Virus record (IMG/VR): IMGVR_UViG_3300037110_000087
Span: 243,125-307,124 of that record
Direction: 5' to 3' (one strand)
DNA length: 64,000 nucleotides
Position numbers and translations under genes: made by a program. How positions within the stretch are numbered: the first letter of the stretch is position 1; every line of letters starts with the position of its first letter. The notes beneath the pieces were generated by a model. That model had not been told where the DNA came from. It made no database searches and saw only the letters and a program-made list of their open reading frames with translations. Shown here piece after piece: positions 19,097 to 29,096 of this stretch.

Positions 19097-19273
19097 TAGT
19101 TGCTCTCTTCAAGGTGATCTTCTCATTTATTAGAAGCCCACTGCAGAGATGCTGAACCACTTCAATTTCCGTCATGACAGCCTTGGTGCCGTTAGCGAGG
19201 GAGATTTCAACTTTCTGGTTCATGGCATCCTCAGCAGGCTGGTTGATGTGTACTCCTAGTTTTTATCTAAGGG

Positions 19274-19302
19274 AGTATAACATAGGCCAAACTCTGCCAC
19301 AA
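19274..19302 (-). promoter_or_regulatory. sigma70-type promoter
   Basis: TTGTGG-17-TATACT with TG extended -10. Confidence 0.5.
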
Positions 19303-19304
19303 TC

Positions 19305-20213
19305 CTACTTGCCAAGTTCTCTGACAGTCCAGTGGATCGCATGCAAAATATCAATTCTCCAGAGCAGAGCCTCGTATTCATTCTCCACATCCTCAGCCTT
19401 GCCGATGCTTACAGCCAGCTGTTCCATATTCGGCTTGAGGTTGACCTTGTAGTTACGTTCATCCACGGATAAAAGGATGGACAGCTTCTTGATCCTTGCT
19501 CCCGCCTTCAAGAACTCATTACACTCGTTGTTCAATTCCGTTGCGATCTTACGTGCGGCCATCTTCTGTGTTCCCAGTGCCATATCCAGGGCATCCTGTA
19601 CAGAATAGGTAAGTTCATCAGCGACGAATTCAGGCTTGTCCATGGCGGAGAAATCCATGATGATTCCTTCCTTGACGAGATTGAGGACATTATCCTTGGT
19701 CATCAATTCCATGTCCTCGAATTCCATGCCCAGTCGGCCTAGAATCTGTTCCACCCAGGTGAGGACCTTGCCCTCACAGAAAATAATCTGCTTGCGTAGA
19801 TTCAACGCGACCAGGAATAAAGAGGGGACAGGAGTAGTTTTGGGCATGAGAGTTTCTTTCGCCATCTCTTTCCCAATCTTGAAGTTGAATTTTTTCTCGG
19901 AATGAGCAGCCTTGTGAGCTTCAAAATCGCTCTTGACCTGCATCTCGATCAGGGCCTTTAGAATTCGCTTGAGATCCTGACGGACACCAAATACCACCCA
20001 TCCATCAGCTAGAAAGACATCTCCCATCTGGGGAGCACTGGTGACATCCTTCCAATTGACAATGCCGATAGAGGAATCGGTAGTTGAATCTGCCGGAATG
20101 GGAACGAACTGAGACTGCAAAAGGACACCAAAGATCTGATCCTCCGTGATCCCACTGATCTCTCCAAAGATATTAGCACTCTGAACCTTGACTGAACCTC
20201 GTGCCAGTGACAT
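19305..20213 (-). CDS. RdgC-like recombination-associated protein
   Basis: MSLARGSV start, F.PI...SIG.V, FGVRQD.KRI, L..KTTPVPSLF.V pattern. Confidence 0.55.
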   Translation of the reverse strand: MSLARGSVKVQSANIFGEISGITEDQIFGVLLQSQFVPIPADSTTDSSIGIVNWKDVTSAPQMGDVFLADGWVVFGVRQDLKRILKALIEMQVKSDFEAHKAAHSEKKFNFKIGKEMAKETLMPKTTPVPSLFLVALNLRKQIIFCEGKVLTWVEQILGRLGMEFEDMELMTKDNVLNLVKEGIIMDFSAMDKPEFVADELTYSVQDALDMALGTQKMAARKIATELNNECNEFLKAGARIKKLSILLSVDERNYKVNLKPNMEQLAVSIGKAEDVENEYEALLWRIDILHAIHWTVRELGK

Positions 20214-20387
20214 GAATTTCTCCTATAAGAAAGCATTCTTGATGATGCTACCTACATAACTCCTGCCCATTCTCCCCAGTGCCCCTATCCAATGACGGTT
20301 TGTTGGGACAAAACCTTCTGCTCCATACATTGCCCTCCAGGAAGGTCCTGTTAATCCAAGTGGATCATCCTGGGTGAAGGGAACTAT

Positions 20388-21236
20388 ATGAAAGTTTATT
20401 GGCACTTGAGTGACAAAATTGGTAGCATGACTCCAAAATGGTTGAATACTTTCCGTGAGGAGCTTGATGTCACTGGAGAGCAGCAGGGATTCATTGGTGA
20501 TCACTCTCTCCTGCCTTTGGATTTTGAACCTGAGGTGGTGATTTCATTAGGTGGTGATGGGACCATGCTTAGTGCCATGCGTAGGACCTATCATATGCAC
20601 ATTCCCTATTTTGGAATCAACTTTGGTGGGATGGGATTTCTTAGCCCTCATGATCCTAATCAGCATGCAATGTATGCAAGTGGTCTTAAAGAATATATCG
20701 CTTCACCTAAAGTAATTGGGCAAATGGACCATACAAAGATGATCAAGGAGGTCTTCCAGGGGTCTTACTGTCGTCTTGATACCAAGGATACTTTCCCCCC
20801 TTTCTTCAATGACTGCGTGATTACTAATGAAAATCGTGGTCAGGCTTGCCGTTTCGGATTGAAGATTGATGGGTCTGATTTTGGGACCATCACCGGGGAT
20901 GGCTTGATTATTTCGACTCCAATGGGGTCCACTGCTTATTCATTGAGCGCTGGAGCTTCAATCTGTGATCCTTCACTATCGGCAATTATTATAACCCCTA
21001 TCTGTCCTCATTCCCTTAGTTTCCGTCCTTTATTCGTGAGTAATGATCGAGGAGTGGAGATTTTAATTAAGAGTGATGGATTTATGTATCTTGATGGTCG
21101 GAAGGAAACTCCCGTGTATTCTGGACAGATTCTTAAAATAGGATCCGCCACTATCCCAGTGAGAATTCTTAAGTTTGGTGAACCCCATCTCTATTTCAAT
21201 ACTCTCCATTCCAAACTTGGCTGGGTTGTTGGATAA
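20388..21236 (+). CDS. nadK: NAD kinase
   Basis: SLGGDGTML, GINFGGMGFL, ND, GDGLIISTPMGSTAYSLSAG, TPICPHSL. Confidence 0.93.
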   Translation: MKVYWHLSDKIGSMTPKWLNTFREELDVTGEQQGFIGDHSLLPLDFEPEVVISLGGDGTMLSAMRRTYHMHIPYFGINFGGMGFLSPHDPNQHAMYASGLKEYIASPKVIGQMDHTKMIKEVFQGSYCRLDTKDTFPPFFNDCVITNENRGQACRFGLKIDGSDFGTITGDGLIISTPMGSTAYSLSAGASICDPSLSAIIITPICPHSLSFRPLFVSNDRGVEILIKSDGFMYLDGRKETPVYSGQILKIGSATIPVRILKFGEPHLYFNTLHSKLGWVVG

Positions 21237-21421
21237 TGCCTTTATTTGATTATGAATGTGGATGCGGTCACCGGACAGAAGTGTTGGTTCCTTCTCCGGA
21301 TGTTAAAGAGATTGAGTGTCCTCTATGTCAATGTATCGCACGACAGAAGTTTCCAATAAGTACACCGATTTTTGTCGGTGATGGTTGGTTTAAAGATGGA
21401 TATGCCAAGAAGGGGAAGTAA
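21236..21421 (+). CDS. FmdB-family zinc-ribbon protein
   Basis: MPLFDYECGCGH...CPLC...F.GDGWFK.GY. Confidence 0.8.
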   Translation: MPLFDYECGCGHRTEVLVPSPDVKEIECPLCQCIARQKFPISTPIFVGDGWFKDGYAKKGK

Positions 21422-22599
21422 TGTTGGGAGTACAGAAATACCTGCGTTGTGGAAAGACCATCGAGAACCTCTGTGCTGAATTCAGTATCAAGGCTAGAGT
21501 TGATCCAGCACTTGGTGTAGTCAGCCTAAATTATGACCAAATCAATTCTGTGATGAGCCTTCAGATTGTCCAGGAATGTCGCGCTCTGATTCTTGAGCTT
21601 GATACCTGGGAAGTTCTATCCTGGCCTTTCAAGAAGTTCTTTAACTATGGTGAGGGTCATATTCCAGAGGATTTCGATTGGGGCAGCTTCTCTACTCTGG
21701 AAAAGCTCGATGGCTCCCTAATTTCTCTGTGGTTCAAGAAAGTGAGTGATACACCTGGACCTCTTTATCAGGCTTATTTTTCTACCAGAAGCGTTCCAGA
21801 TGCAAACTGCGGTTACGATGAAAGTGGTGATACCTTTTTGAGTTTGATCAAGAAGACCATCGTCGAAATGGAAGCCAAGTATGGAAATTATAAGGGAGAG
21901 TTCCTCAATCATTTCATGACAGGTTATTCCTATGCATTTGAATTGACTACTCCAGAAAATCAGATCGTCGTTCAGCACAATGAACGCTGCTTGACCCTCA
22001 TTGGAGTGAGGGATCTTGAAACTCTAGAAGAAGTAGACATCTATGAATGGGCTAGGGATACCTACCCATATCCAGTCGTAAAGGGTGTCATGGGACTTAA
22101 TTTAGAGGCAGTGAAGCAAAAGGTGAGTGAAATCAATCCTCTTGATGAAGAAGGATATGTGCTCATCGACGAGAATTTCAATCGAATCAAGATCAAGAGC
22201 GATGCTTATCTCCTGCTGTCTCGTTCACGTGACAACCTGGGTAAATCCGCTCGTGCCCGGTTGGAAATTATCTTAATAGATAAAATGGATGATGTCTGGC
22301 CGATCCAGCCCAAATGGATTCAAGAAAAATTAACCAGCATGAAAGAGGCTATCCGAACTCTAGCTCTTTATATCGATCTTCAGTATGTGCAGGTTTGTGA
22401 TATTGAAGGCCAGAAAGATTTTGCTCTGGAGATCAAGGGTTTACCCTACAAGGATGCTTTGTTCCAGCTGAGGAGCAAGAAGGTGGAATCCGCGATAGAC
22501 TGGGTGAGAAACTATGGACTCAAGAATTCCCGTAAACTTCTTGATTTGTTGAAAATTGTAGTGGAGGATCTTGATGACCAAGAGTCTGAAGAGAGTTAG
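21421..22599 (+). CDS. T4 Rnl1-like RNA ligase
   Basis: CRALIL, WPFKKFFN, EKLDGS (motif I), FEL..PEN.IV, EGYV, RIKIK. Confidence 0.9.
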   Translation: MLGVQKYLRCGKTIENLCAEFSIKARVDPALGVVSLNYDQINSVMSLQIVQECRALILELDTWEVLSWPFKKFFNYGEGHIPEDFDWGSFSTLEKLDGSLISLWFKKVSDTPGPLYQAYFSTRSVPDANCGYDESGDTFLSLIKKTIVEMEAKYGNYKGEFLNHFMTGYSYAFELTTPENQIVVQHNERCLTLIGVRDLETLEEVDIYEWARDTYPYPVVKGVMGLNLEAVKQKVSEINPLDEEGYVLIDENFNRIKIKSDAYLLLSRSRDNLGKSARARLEIILIDKMDDVWPIQPKWIQEKLTSMKEAIRTLALYIDLQYVQVCDIEGQKDFALEIKGLPYKDALFQLRSKKVESAIDWVRNYGLKNSRKLLDLLKIVVEDLDDQESEES

Positions 22600-22677
22600 C
22601 GCACCCGTACCCGTAGAAATGGAAACTGACCGGGTGATCACAGAGATTATTTGCAGGATGGTAATTAAGGGAAAGAA

Positions 22678-23193
22678 ATGAGGACTAGCGATAGTCATCC
22701 TATTGAGGTTAGTTGGCTCCCCTACCTTAATATAGGTTTGACTTTTTGTCCGGGTAAGAAACAAACAAATTCTATGACCGGTGGTTGGGATCGTGATATT
22801 GATAAGGACCTTGACCGATTGAAGGGTTATTATGGAGTAGACCGTATCATTTGTCTGATGGAATCTGAGGAGTTGGAAGAATATGGGATCCCAAACTATT
22901 TTGCAAAAATTGAAGAACACGGTATGCATTGGATTCACCTCCCTTTTCCTAATGACACCTGCCCTCCAGATGCAAGTGCGTTTGTTAGTATTGGCAGGTA
23001 TTTAAATCTTGAAAAGATAACGACTGTCATTCATTGTAAAGGTGGTATTGGTCGGACAGCAATGTTAGCGGCAGTCTGTTTATCGTTCAATAAACACATC
23101 TGTATTGAAAAAGCTCTAGAGGAAATTTCTGAAATAAGACAGGTCATTCTAACGCCAGAACAGCGTAAATGGATGTTGAATAATTTTATGTAA
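22678..23193 (+). CDS. Cys-based (CDKN3/dual-specificity-like) phosphatase
   Basis: IHCKGGIGRT CX5R motif. Confidence 0.88.
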   Translation: MRTSDSHPIEVSWLPYLNIGLTFCPGKKQTNSMTGGWDRDIDKDLDRLKGYYGVDRIICLMESEELEEYGIPNYFAKIEEHGMHWIHLPFPNDTCPPDASAFVSIGRYLNLEKITTVIHCKGGIGRTAMLAAVCLSFNKHICIEKALEEISEIRQVILTPEQRKWMLNNFM

Positions 23194-23239
23194 ACAGGGA
23201 TCCAGGGAGGATCTTTGCGGAATCGACCATGGAGGTCAA

Positions 23240-24343
23240 ATGTACAAAGCTATCGTTTATATTGGAAGATTTCAACCACTCCACAATGAACATTTGCAAA
23301 CTATGAAAGAAGGTCTGCAACTGGCGGAGAATCTGGTAATTGTGTTAGGTTCTTCCTATTGTCCCAGGAACGATTATAATCCATGGAACGAAGATGAACG
23401 TGAAACAATGATCATGGGCAGTCTCTCAAAGGAAGATCGATCAAGAATCTTTTTCATTAAGGCCAGGGATACCAAATACAATGACTCTCTGTGGGTTAAC
23501 ACAATTCACAGTGAATTGACTAAGATCCTGGCCGAACAAGAAATAAAAGATTCGAAATTCCCAACTATTCGATATCCAGCCTATGAGGGCCTTCCCGCTC
23601 AAGGAGTTGCTATCATTGGTTACGCGAAAGATAGCAGTTCTTATTATCTCCATATGTTCCCACAGTGGGACTTCATTGAACGTGTTGATCAAAAAACCAA
23701 ATGCTTCAGCGCTTCGGAGTGTCGGAAGAAATATTTTGTGGACTTAAGGGATAAAGAAGTCGCTGGGTCTGCGATCTCGGAGTTGCTGAATGTTCCCCAA
23801 CATGTAGGAGACTTCCTGGGATTTTGGAAGAACACAGACGCGTATAATTACGTGGTCAAGGAGCTTGAATTCCAGCAGAAATATACGGAACAATGGGAGA
23901 AGGCACCTTATAAGCCGATTTTCGTCACCACGGATGCGGTTGTGATTAAGAGCTTTCATGTCTTGATGGTAAGGCGCAAGAACAACCCAGGGAAGGGACT
24001 CTTAGCTCTTCCCGGTGGATTCCTTGATGCCACTGAAACCATTGTTGATTCAACCATCAGAGAAGTCAGGGAAGAGACCACTATTCAAATCAGTGCGGAG
24101 CAACTGAAAACCTACGTGAAGCAAACTAAGGAATTTGCTCATCCCTTCCGATCTAGACGGGGAAGGACCATCACGTTTGCTTCTTTGATTGCATTAGGCA
24201 ATGGTGTGTTACCCAGTGTGAGGGGTCGTGATGATGCAGCTGAGGCTCTGTGGATTCCTCTGAGTGAGATCCATGATCTCCGTTCTCAGATGTTTGAAGA
24301 TCATTATGACATCATCTGTAATCTTGTAGGAATCATGGAGTAA
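23240..24343 (+). CDS. bifunctional NMN adenylyltransferase / ADP-ribose pyrophosphatase (NadM-Nudix)
   Basis: YIGRFQPLHNEH; Nudix box PGGFLD..E......REVREET; GRDDA. Confidence 0.93.
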   Translation: MYKAIVYIGRFQPLHNEHLQTMKEGLQLAENLVIVLGSSYCPRNDYNPWNEDERETMIMGSLSKEDRSRIFFIKARDTKYNDSLWVNTIHSELTKILAEQEIKDSKFPTIRYPAYEGLPAQGVAIIGYAKDSSSYYLHMFPQWDFIERVDQKTKCFSASECRKKYFVDLRDKEVAGSAISELLNVPQHVGDFLGFWKNTDAYNYVVKELEFQQKYTEQWEKAPYKPIFVTTDAVVIKSFHVLMVRRKNNPGKGLLALPGGFLDATETIVDSTIREVREETTIQISAEQLKTYVKQTKEFAHPFRSRRGRTITFASLIALGNGVLPSVRGRDDAAEALWIPLSEIHDLRSQMFEDHYDIICNLVGIME

Positions 24344-24486
24344 CTATGGACAACAAACTGAGCTTTGAGGAATGGTGGGAACAGCTTCAGAAAGAGGTCT
24401 ATGCCGACATAGACCCAAAAGAATTGGCTCGTGACGCCTTTGAAGCTGGCTCAAGTTATTGTTACTACAATATCAACAGGTGAAAT

Positions 24487-24885
24487 ATGAAAGAAATTTC
24501 AAGATCTGCAACAGGTCGTTTTCCCTCTGATATTCCTAATCAGAGCAATGTACCCAAGACAGACGAAGGACAGACCTTTCTCAGTTCGTTCAAAGCTGGC
24601 TATCCAGAGGTAAGACTTTCTTTCGAAAACTTGGAAGAGCGTGTCATCCGGACCCTTAGTATTCCTGTCGAGCAGATTGATCGTAATAACAATTGGTTCT
24701 CTCAGGAAGCCTTTGAGAAGGCTATGATCCCACTTGAGGACAGTAATTATATCTTCCCAGTTACTGACAAAGACGGAGTTGTTACATTTCATGAATTCCA
24801 GGGTGTAACATTCACCCATTGCCGTACCACTTTTACTGACTCTCATAGAGTCTCGCCAGAAACCATTCAAGAGGAGAAATCTTGA
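24487..24885 (+). CDS. hypothetical protein
   Basis: ORF in plus run. Confidence 0.55.
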   Translation: MKEISRSATGRFPSDIPNQSNVPKTDEGQTFLSSFKAGYPEVRLSFENLEERVIRTLSIPVEQIDRNNNWFSQEAFEKAMIPLEDSNYIFPVTDKDGVVTFHEFQGVTFTHCRTTFTDSHRVSPETIQEEKS

Positions 24886-25199
24886 AACCAACTACTAAGG
24901 CCACCAACCCAGCCACCACATCCGTTAAGGAGAAAGCGGCTACTGCTACTCTGCTCGATGTAGCTCCGTTCAAGGGGGTTATTGACACTTTTGCGAAAGC
25001 CGGGAATTCCTCCTTCGCGATCCTGATCCCCGCCACGTGGTTCATGGAATTGGATGGGGTCAAGGGGGTGAAACTCAATCGCGAAGCTGCCTACCTGGGC
25101 ACCTTGTTTAACAAGGATGTCTATGACACCGATCTGAATCAGATCGAGATCCGGTATACTCGTCCGGATGGCACCAGAGGCATCGAGGTCTATAAGTGA
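24882..25199 (+). CDS. hypothetical protein
   Basis: AGGAG RBS, TTG start overlapping upstream stop. Confidence 0.65.
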   Translation: MKPTTKATNPATTSVKEKAATATLLDVAPFKGVIDTFAKAGNSSFAILIPATWFMELDGVKGVKLNREAAYLGTLFNKDVYDTDLNQIEIRYTRPDGTRGIEVYK

Positions 25200-25419
25200 C
25201 ATGGGCTTCCTTATTGGCTTCTTCGTCTATGTGATCATGATGAGTGCGGTTATGTTCCCGATTAGAGACATGATTACGGACCCTGTTTCCAAAGACATGG
25301 GTCCGATCAGGTTCCGAATGTATCCACTTTGGGTCTATGTCATCTTCGCACCTGTAGTGCTATTAGCCATAATTTTTAATCTTTTGTGGATGTTGCTCGT
25401 TGTGGAGTTGTGGAAGTGA
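25168..25419 (+). CDS. small membrane protein (true start likely MGFLIG)
   Basis: Two hydrophobic segments. Confidence 0.55.
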   Translation: MAPEASRSISDMGFLIGFFVYVIMMSAVMFPIRDMITDPVSKDMGPIRFRMYPLWVYVIFAPVVLLAIIFNLLWMLLVVELWK

Positions 25420-25685
25420 TTGAAGGTTGGATTTCCCTAGTACTCGCAACAATTTTCATGTTGCGAGTACTAGTTATGTTCCTATTCTACCGCAGATTTA
25501 CAATCCACCTTGCAAGCGGAGAATCAATTAAGATTGTTTGTACTTACTTTGCCCTTTCTTATAATGAGAGCGGGACAGTAACCGGTTGGCAGATGTCAAG
25601 AAAAGATAATGGGAAGACGTTGATTTATGCAAATCCTGCTCTCATTATCGCTGTCACTGACGAACTTCCTTATATTTGGGACTAA
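25386..25685 (+). CDS. membrane-anchored hypothetical protein
   Basis: One TM segment then a beta-rich domain. Confidence 0.55.
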   Translation: MDVARCGVVEVIEGWISLVLATIFMLRVLVMFLFYRRFTIHLASGESIKIVCTYFALSYNESGTVTGWQMSRKDNGKTLIYANPALIIAVTDELPYIWD

Positions 25686-25750
25686 GAGGGTTATAATAAA
25701 AGTAGACTCAGGGAGAGTCTACAACTAAATCGATCCAGGGAGGATCACAA

Positions 25751-27127
25751 ATGTCAAATCTTTCTAATTCAATTATCGATGTCGACTCATACAAGTTAAG
25801 CCATTTCAACATGTATCCGGATGAGACTCAAAAGGTCTACAGCTATTTCGAATGTAGAAATGGTGCGACCTATTCGAACCAGAAATTCTTCGGCCTTCAG
25901 TATCTCCTCAGGACCCAGTTGGTGAACCCGGTTACTCAGGAAGATCTAGAGGAAGCCTACGAGATCAGCAAGGAGCAGGGTTTGCCTCTCAACTATGCTG
26001 GTTGGCAGTACATCCTTGATGTCCATGATGGGATGTTGCCTCTTCATATCAAGGCTATCCCCGAGGGAATGGTCCTGCCAGTGTCCAATGCATTAATTAC
26101 CATCGAGAACACGGATACTAACCTACCCTGGCTCACCAATTATGTGGAGACTATGTTGTCCCGTATTTGGTACCCTATCACTATCGCGACCATGAGTCAT
26201 GAGGCGAAGAAGGTTATCAGTTACTTCAACGAGCAGACTGCTGACAATCCCGGTCTGGTCCCATTCCAACTGCATGACTTCGGTTCTCGTGGAGTAACCT
26301 GCCCTGAACAGGCTGCAATTGGAGGAATGGCTCACCTCACAAACTTTTATGGCACTGACACAGTTATTGCTCACCTGATGGTTAAAAAGATATATGGGTC
26401 TAAAAACCCTATTAGTTTTTCCGTGAACGCGACTGAACATAGTATCCAGACTTCCAAGGGCCGAGGAGGTGAGAAACAAATATTTGTGGATCTCCTTCAT
26501 AAATATCCAACAGGAATCCTCAGCGTGGTCATTGATTCTTATGACTATCAGAATTTTATTTCCGGTTATGGACTCGAATTTAAGGAAGAAATCCTTGCCC
26601 GAAATGGCAAGCTGGTCTTCCGCCCCGATTCTGGTGACCCAGTTGCCGTGAGTCTCGATGTGATCTCTCGTCTGGATCGGGTCTTCGGCTCTACCATCAA
26701 CACCAAGGGCTACAAAGTTCTTCATCCCCAGGTTGGAATGCTTTGGGGTGATGGCATCGACATCGAGGACATGGAAGTCATTCTGCAGAATCTCAAGAAT
26801 AATGGTTGGTCTTCGGACAATATTGTCTTCGGGATGGGTGGTGGACTGCTTCAGAAGGTCAACCGTGATACCATGCGGTGTGCTTTCAAGTGCAGTGCAC
26901 AGTTGCAGAACGGTAAATGGGTCGATATTTCCAAGGACCCGCTTGACTCGACCAAGAAGTCAAAGAAGGGTCGGCTCAAGGTAATCGAGACTCCCGATGG
27001 GATCATCACTGTCAATCAGAATGACGAGCGATACACCGACAGTGAAGATCTGTTGCAGACGGTGTTCCTCAATGGCGAGATCACGAAGACCTACACTCTG
27101 GATGATATTAGGGAAAGGAACTGGTGA
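25751..27127 (+). CDS. nadV: nicotinamide phosphoribosyltransferase (NAMPT)
   Basis: DVDSYKLSH, LHDFGSRG, ATEHS, SVVIDSYD, VFRPDSGDP, WGDGI, FGMGGGLLQKVNRDT, KKSKKGRL. Confidence 0.95.
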   Translation: MSNLSNSIIDVDSYKLSHFNMYPDETQKVYSYFECRNGATYSNQKFFGLQYLLRTQLVNPVTQEDLEEAYEISKEQGLPLNYAGWQYILDVHDGMLPLHIKAIPEGMVLPVSNALITIENTDTNLPWLTNYVETMLSRIWYPITIATMSHEAKKVISYFNEQTADNPGLVPFQLHDFGSRGVTCPEQAAIGGMAHLTNFYGTDTVIAHLMVKKIYGSKNPISFSVNATEHSIQTSKGRGGEKQIFVDLLHKYPTGILSVVIDSYDYQNFISGYGLEFKEEILARNGKLVFRPDSGDPVAVSLDVISRLDRVFGSTINTKGYKVLHPQVGMLWGDGIDIEDMEVILQNLKNNGWSSDNIVFGMGGGLLQKVNRDTMRCAFKCSAQLQNGKWVDISKDPLDSTKKSKKGRLKVIETPDGIITVNQNDERYTDSEDLLQTVFLNGEITKTYTLDDIRERNW

Positions 27128-27327
27128 ATATGACATTTAAGAACAGGTTGATATGGATTAGTGTCTCGATTGTGTCTTTCATTCTGCACATGATAGACAA
27201 CTTTATTTACATCCTTTCTTTTACTTCGATCTCTACTGATTTCTCTTATGACTGGCTGGTGTATATATTGGGCGTACGTGTGTCAATTCTTCTAAAAGAT
27301 AAAGAGAAAAGAGCTGATGGATGTTAA
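27124..27327 (+). CDS. small membrane protein
   Basis: Hydrophobic ORF coupled to nadV stop. Confidence 0.45.
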   Translation: MNMTFKNRLIWISVSIVSFILHMIDNFIYILSFTSISTDFSYDWLVYILGVRVSILLKDKEKRADGC

Positions 27328-27417
27328 AGAACACAGCGCCCAAACGGTTCAAAGAACAGAAAGCATCCCTCTCGATTATCAAACGCATGAATGCAATTCT
27401 TAAGCAGAAGAGATATA

Positions 27418-27945
27418 ATGGACGCTGACAAGAAAGCTAAGTTGGAAGCAGCAGGTTGGACTGTCGGTAGCGCCCAGTCATTCCTTGGTCTATCTGACGA
27501 GGAAGCTGACAAGATCAACAAAGAGGTCACTGAGTTGATCAAAAAGAAAAGAAAAGAGACAGTTGTGGTGGTCGGCAAAATGGTCATCCACGACTGTCGG
27601 GATTGTCCCGCTTATTCTGACATAGATGAGTCAGGATATCGGATGCCCTTTTATGATCTCTGCAAATTCAATAATACTCAGATCTTGCATGTGAACGAGG
27701 GAATTCCCAGTGAATGCCCATTCGTGCAAATTCGGCAAACGATGCATGAGGCTTTCCTTTTTACGAGAGAACATGATCCCAAGCGAAAGGCTGATTGGTC
27801 GATTGTTGATAATACAGCCTGTGCCCATCATGTCTTGGCTGAATTCCTCAATGATCAAGATTACACACAGAAACAATGGGAGGATGTCCAGTTTAAGGCA
27901 ATTGCTGCTAATGTTATACTTGATGGACAGACCAAGGAGAAATGA
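27418..27945 (+). CDS. hypothetical protein with XRE-antitoxin-like N-terminus and Cys motif
   Basis: MDADKKAKLEAAGWTVGSAQSFLGLSDEE; DCRDCP. Confidence 0.6.
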   Translation: MDADKKAKLEAAGWTVGSAQSFLGLSDEEADKINKEVTELIKKKRKETVVVVGKMVIHDCRDCPAYSDIDESGYRMPFYDLCKFNNTQILHVNEGIPSECPFVQIRQTMHEAFLFTREHDPKRKADWSIVDNTACAHHVLAEFLNDQDYTQKQWEDVQFKAIAANVILDGQTKEK

Positions 27946-28190
27946 ACGTGGACATCATTGAGTACCTGCATCAGGTTCTCGGTAAGATCGAAGAGGAAGA
28001 TTTCACAGTCTCCCTCAACAACGGAAAAACGACAATCAAGAACCTCAGGGTTTACCGAGGTGACTTGGAAGACACGTTCAGTGAACTAGGTACTGGTTGG
28101 GATTACACAATCAAGCATGTGATTGATGATTTGGAAGGGGAAGACCAGATGGACATCCTCCAGATTGAGATTTTCCAAAAGCCATCCTAA
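27942..28190 (+). CDS. hypothetical acidic protein
   Basis: AAGGAG RBS, coupled. Confidence 0.6.
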   Translation: MNVDIIEYLHQVLGKIEEEDFTVSLNNGKTTIKNLRVYRGDLEDTFSELGTGWDYTIKHVIDDLEGEDQMDILQIEIFQKPS

Positions 28191-28218
28191 CCGGTCTTCT
28201 GAACCTACGGACAGTGTA

Positions 28219-28240
28219 ATCGGCCCCTTCCGGGGCCGAT
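28219..28240. terminator. GC-rich hairpin
   Basis: ATCGGCCCC-TTCC-GGGGCCGAT. Confidence 0.55.
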
Positions 28241-28248
28241 CTGTATAA

Positions 28249-28277
28249 TTGACAGAGATTTCCCCTTGTATTATACT
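28249..28277 (+). promoter_or_regulatory. sigma70-type promoter
   Basis: TTGACA-17-TATACT. Confidence 0.8.
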
Positions 28278-28292
28278 TTATAGTGGGCAATC

Positions 28293-29096
28293 ATGGGAGA
28301 ATTTCCAATGTCTAGAGGCATCCAAGTAATAAAAAATCTGATTAACATCGTTACCCAACAAAGGGAAATAATTAGGAAGGAAGAAAAATTTAAGACCCAA
28401 GAACTAACTGAGCTTCGGAATGAGTTACTCCAGGCTCATAGAATGGAAGTGATAGAACAGAGAAGGTTGCAGAAATCTATCCCCCCTATGGAACGGAGAT
28501 ACTGTATTCTCTCCGCGATGAGAGAAGGCCGTTCAGCTAAGGAGATAATAACTGAATTAGGATTGGGAATCAAATATCAGGATATTCTTTTAGCAGTAGA
28601 CACGGTTTTTACTTATATCTACTGCCCAGGTCCGAAATCAGGAGAAAAGTATTCAAGATTTCTGGAATTTGCACCATTCTATGAGGCACATCCAGAGTTA
28701 AAAATTGATGAAACCCTAAACTGGGAAGAAAGACATTATCGAAGGGAACTCATTAGGACTTGGGGAATGAAGAAACTCCCTGATCGGGCTTACTTTGTTG
28801 TCTCCGCGATGAGAGAAGGTCGTTCAACCAAGGAAATAATGTCTCAATTGAAAATTAATTCAGGGACACTGATTGACTCGGTAGAGAGGGTTTTTTCTCT
28901 TTGTAAACAAGAATTATATTCAGAATTTGTTCCTTTTTTTGACGCGAACCCTGAATTGAAAATACCCGAACATCCTCGTCGCGATTGGGAAAAAGGGTGC
29001 AGTGATCGTTTCGCGGCAGCTTCAATAGCCTATAATGAAGCTGTGATGAAGCGCACTAGAATTATTATGACCTGGGGTGAGAAATGTTCAAGCTGA
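28293..29096 (+). CDS. protein with two tandem HTH-like repeats
   Basis: SAMREGRS.KEI...L twice, also conserved at DNA level. Confidence 0.7.
   Translation: MGEFPMSRGIQVIKNLINIVTQQREIIRKEEKFKTQELTELRNELLQAHRMEVIEQRRLQKSIPPMERRYCILSAMREGRSAKEIITELGLGIKYQDILLAVDTVFTYIYCPGPKSGEKYSRFLEFAPFYEAHPELKIDETLNWEERHYRRELIRTWGMKKLPDRAYFVVSAMREGRSTKEIMSQLKINSGTLIDSVERVFSLCKQELYSEFVPFFDANPELKIPEHPRRDWEKGCSDRFAAASIAYNEAVMKRTRIIMTWGEKCSS

Noticed and set aside
20223-20504. Minus-strand 93-aa ORF at the strand switch
   Set aside because: Overlaps the NAD kinase start antisense; no recognisable features
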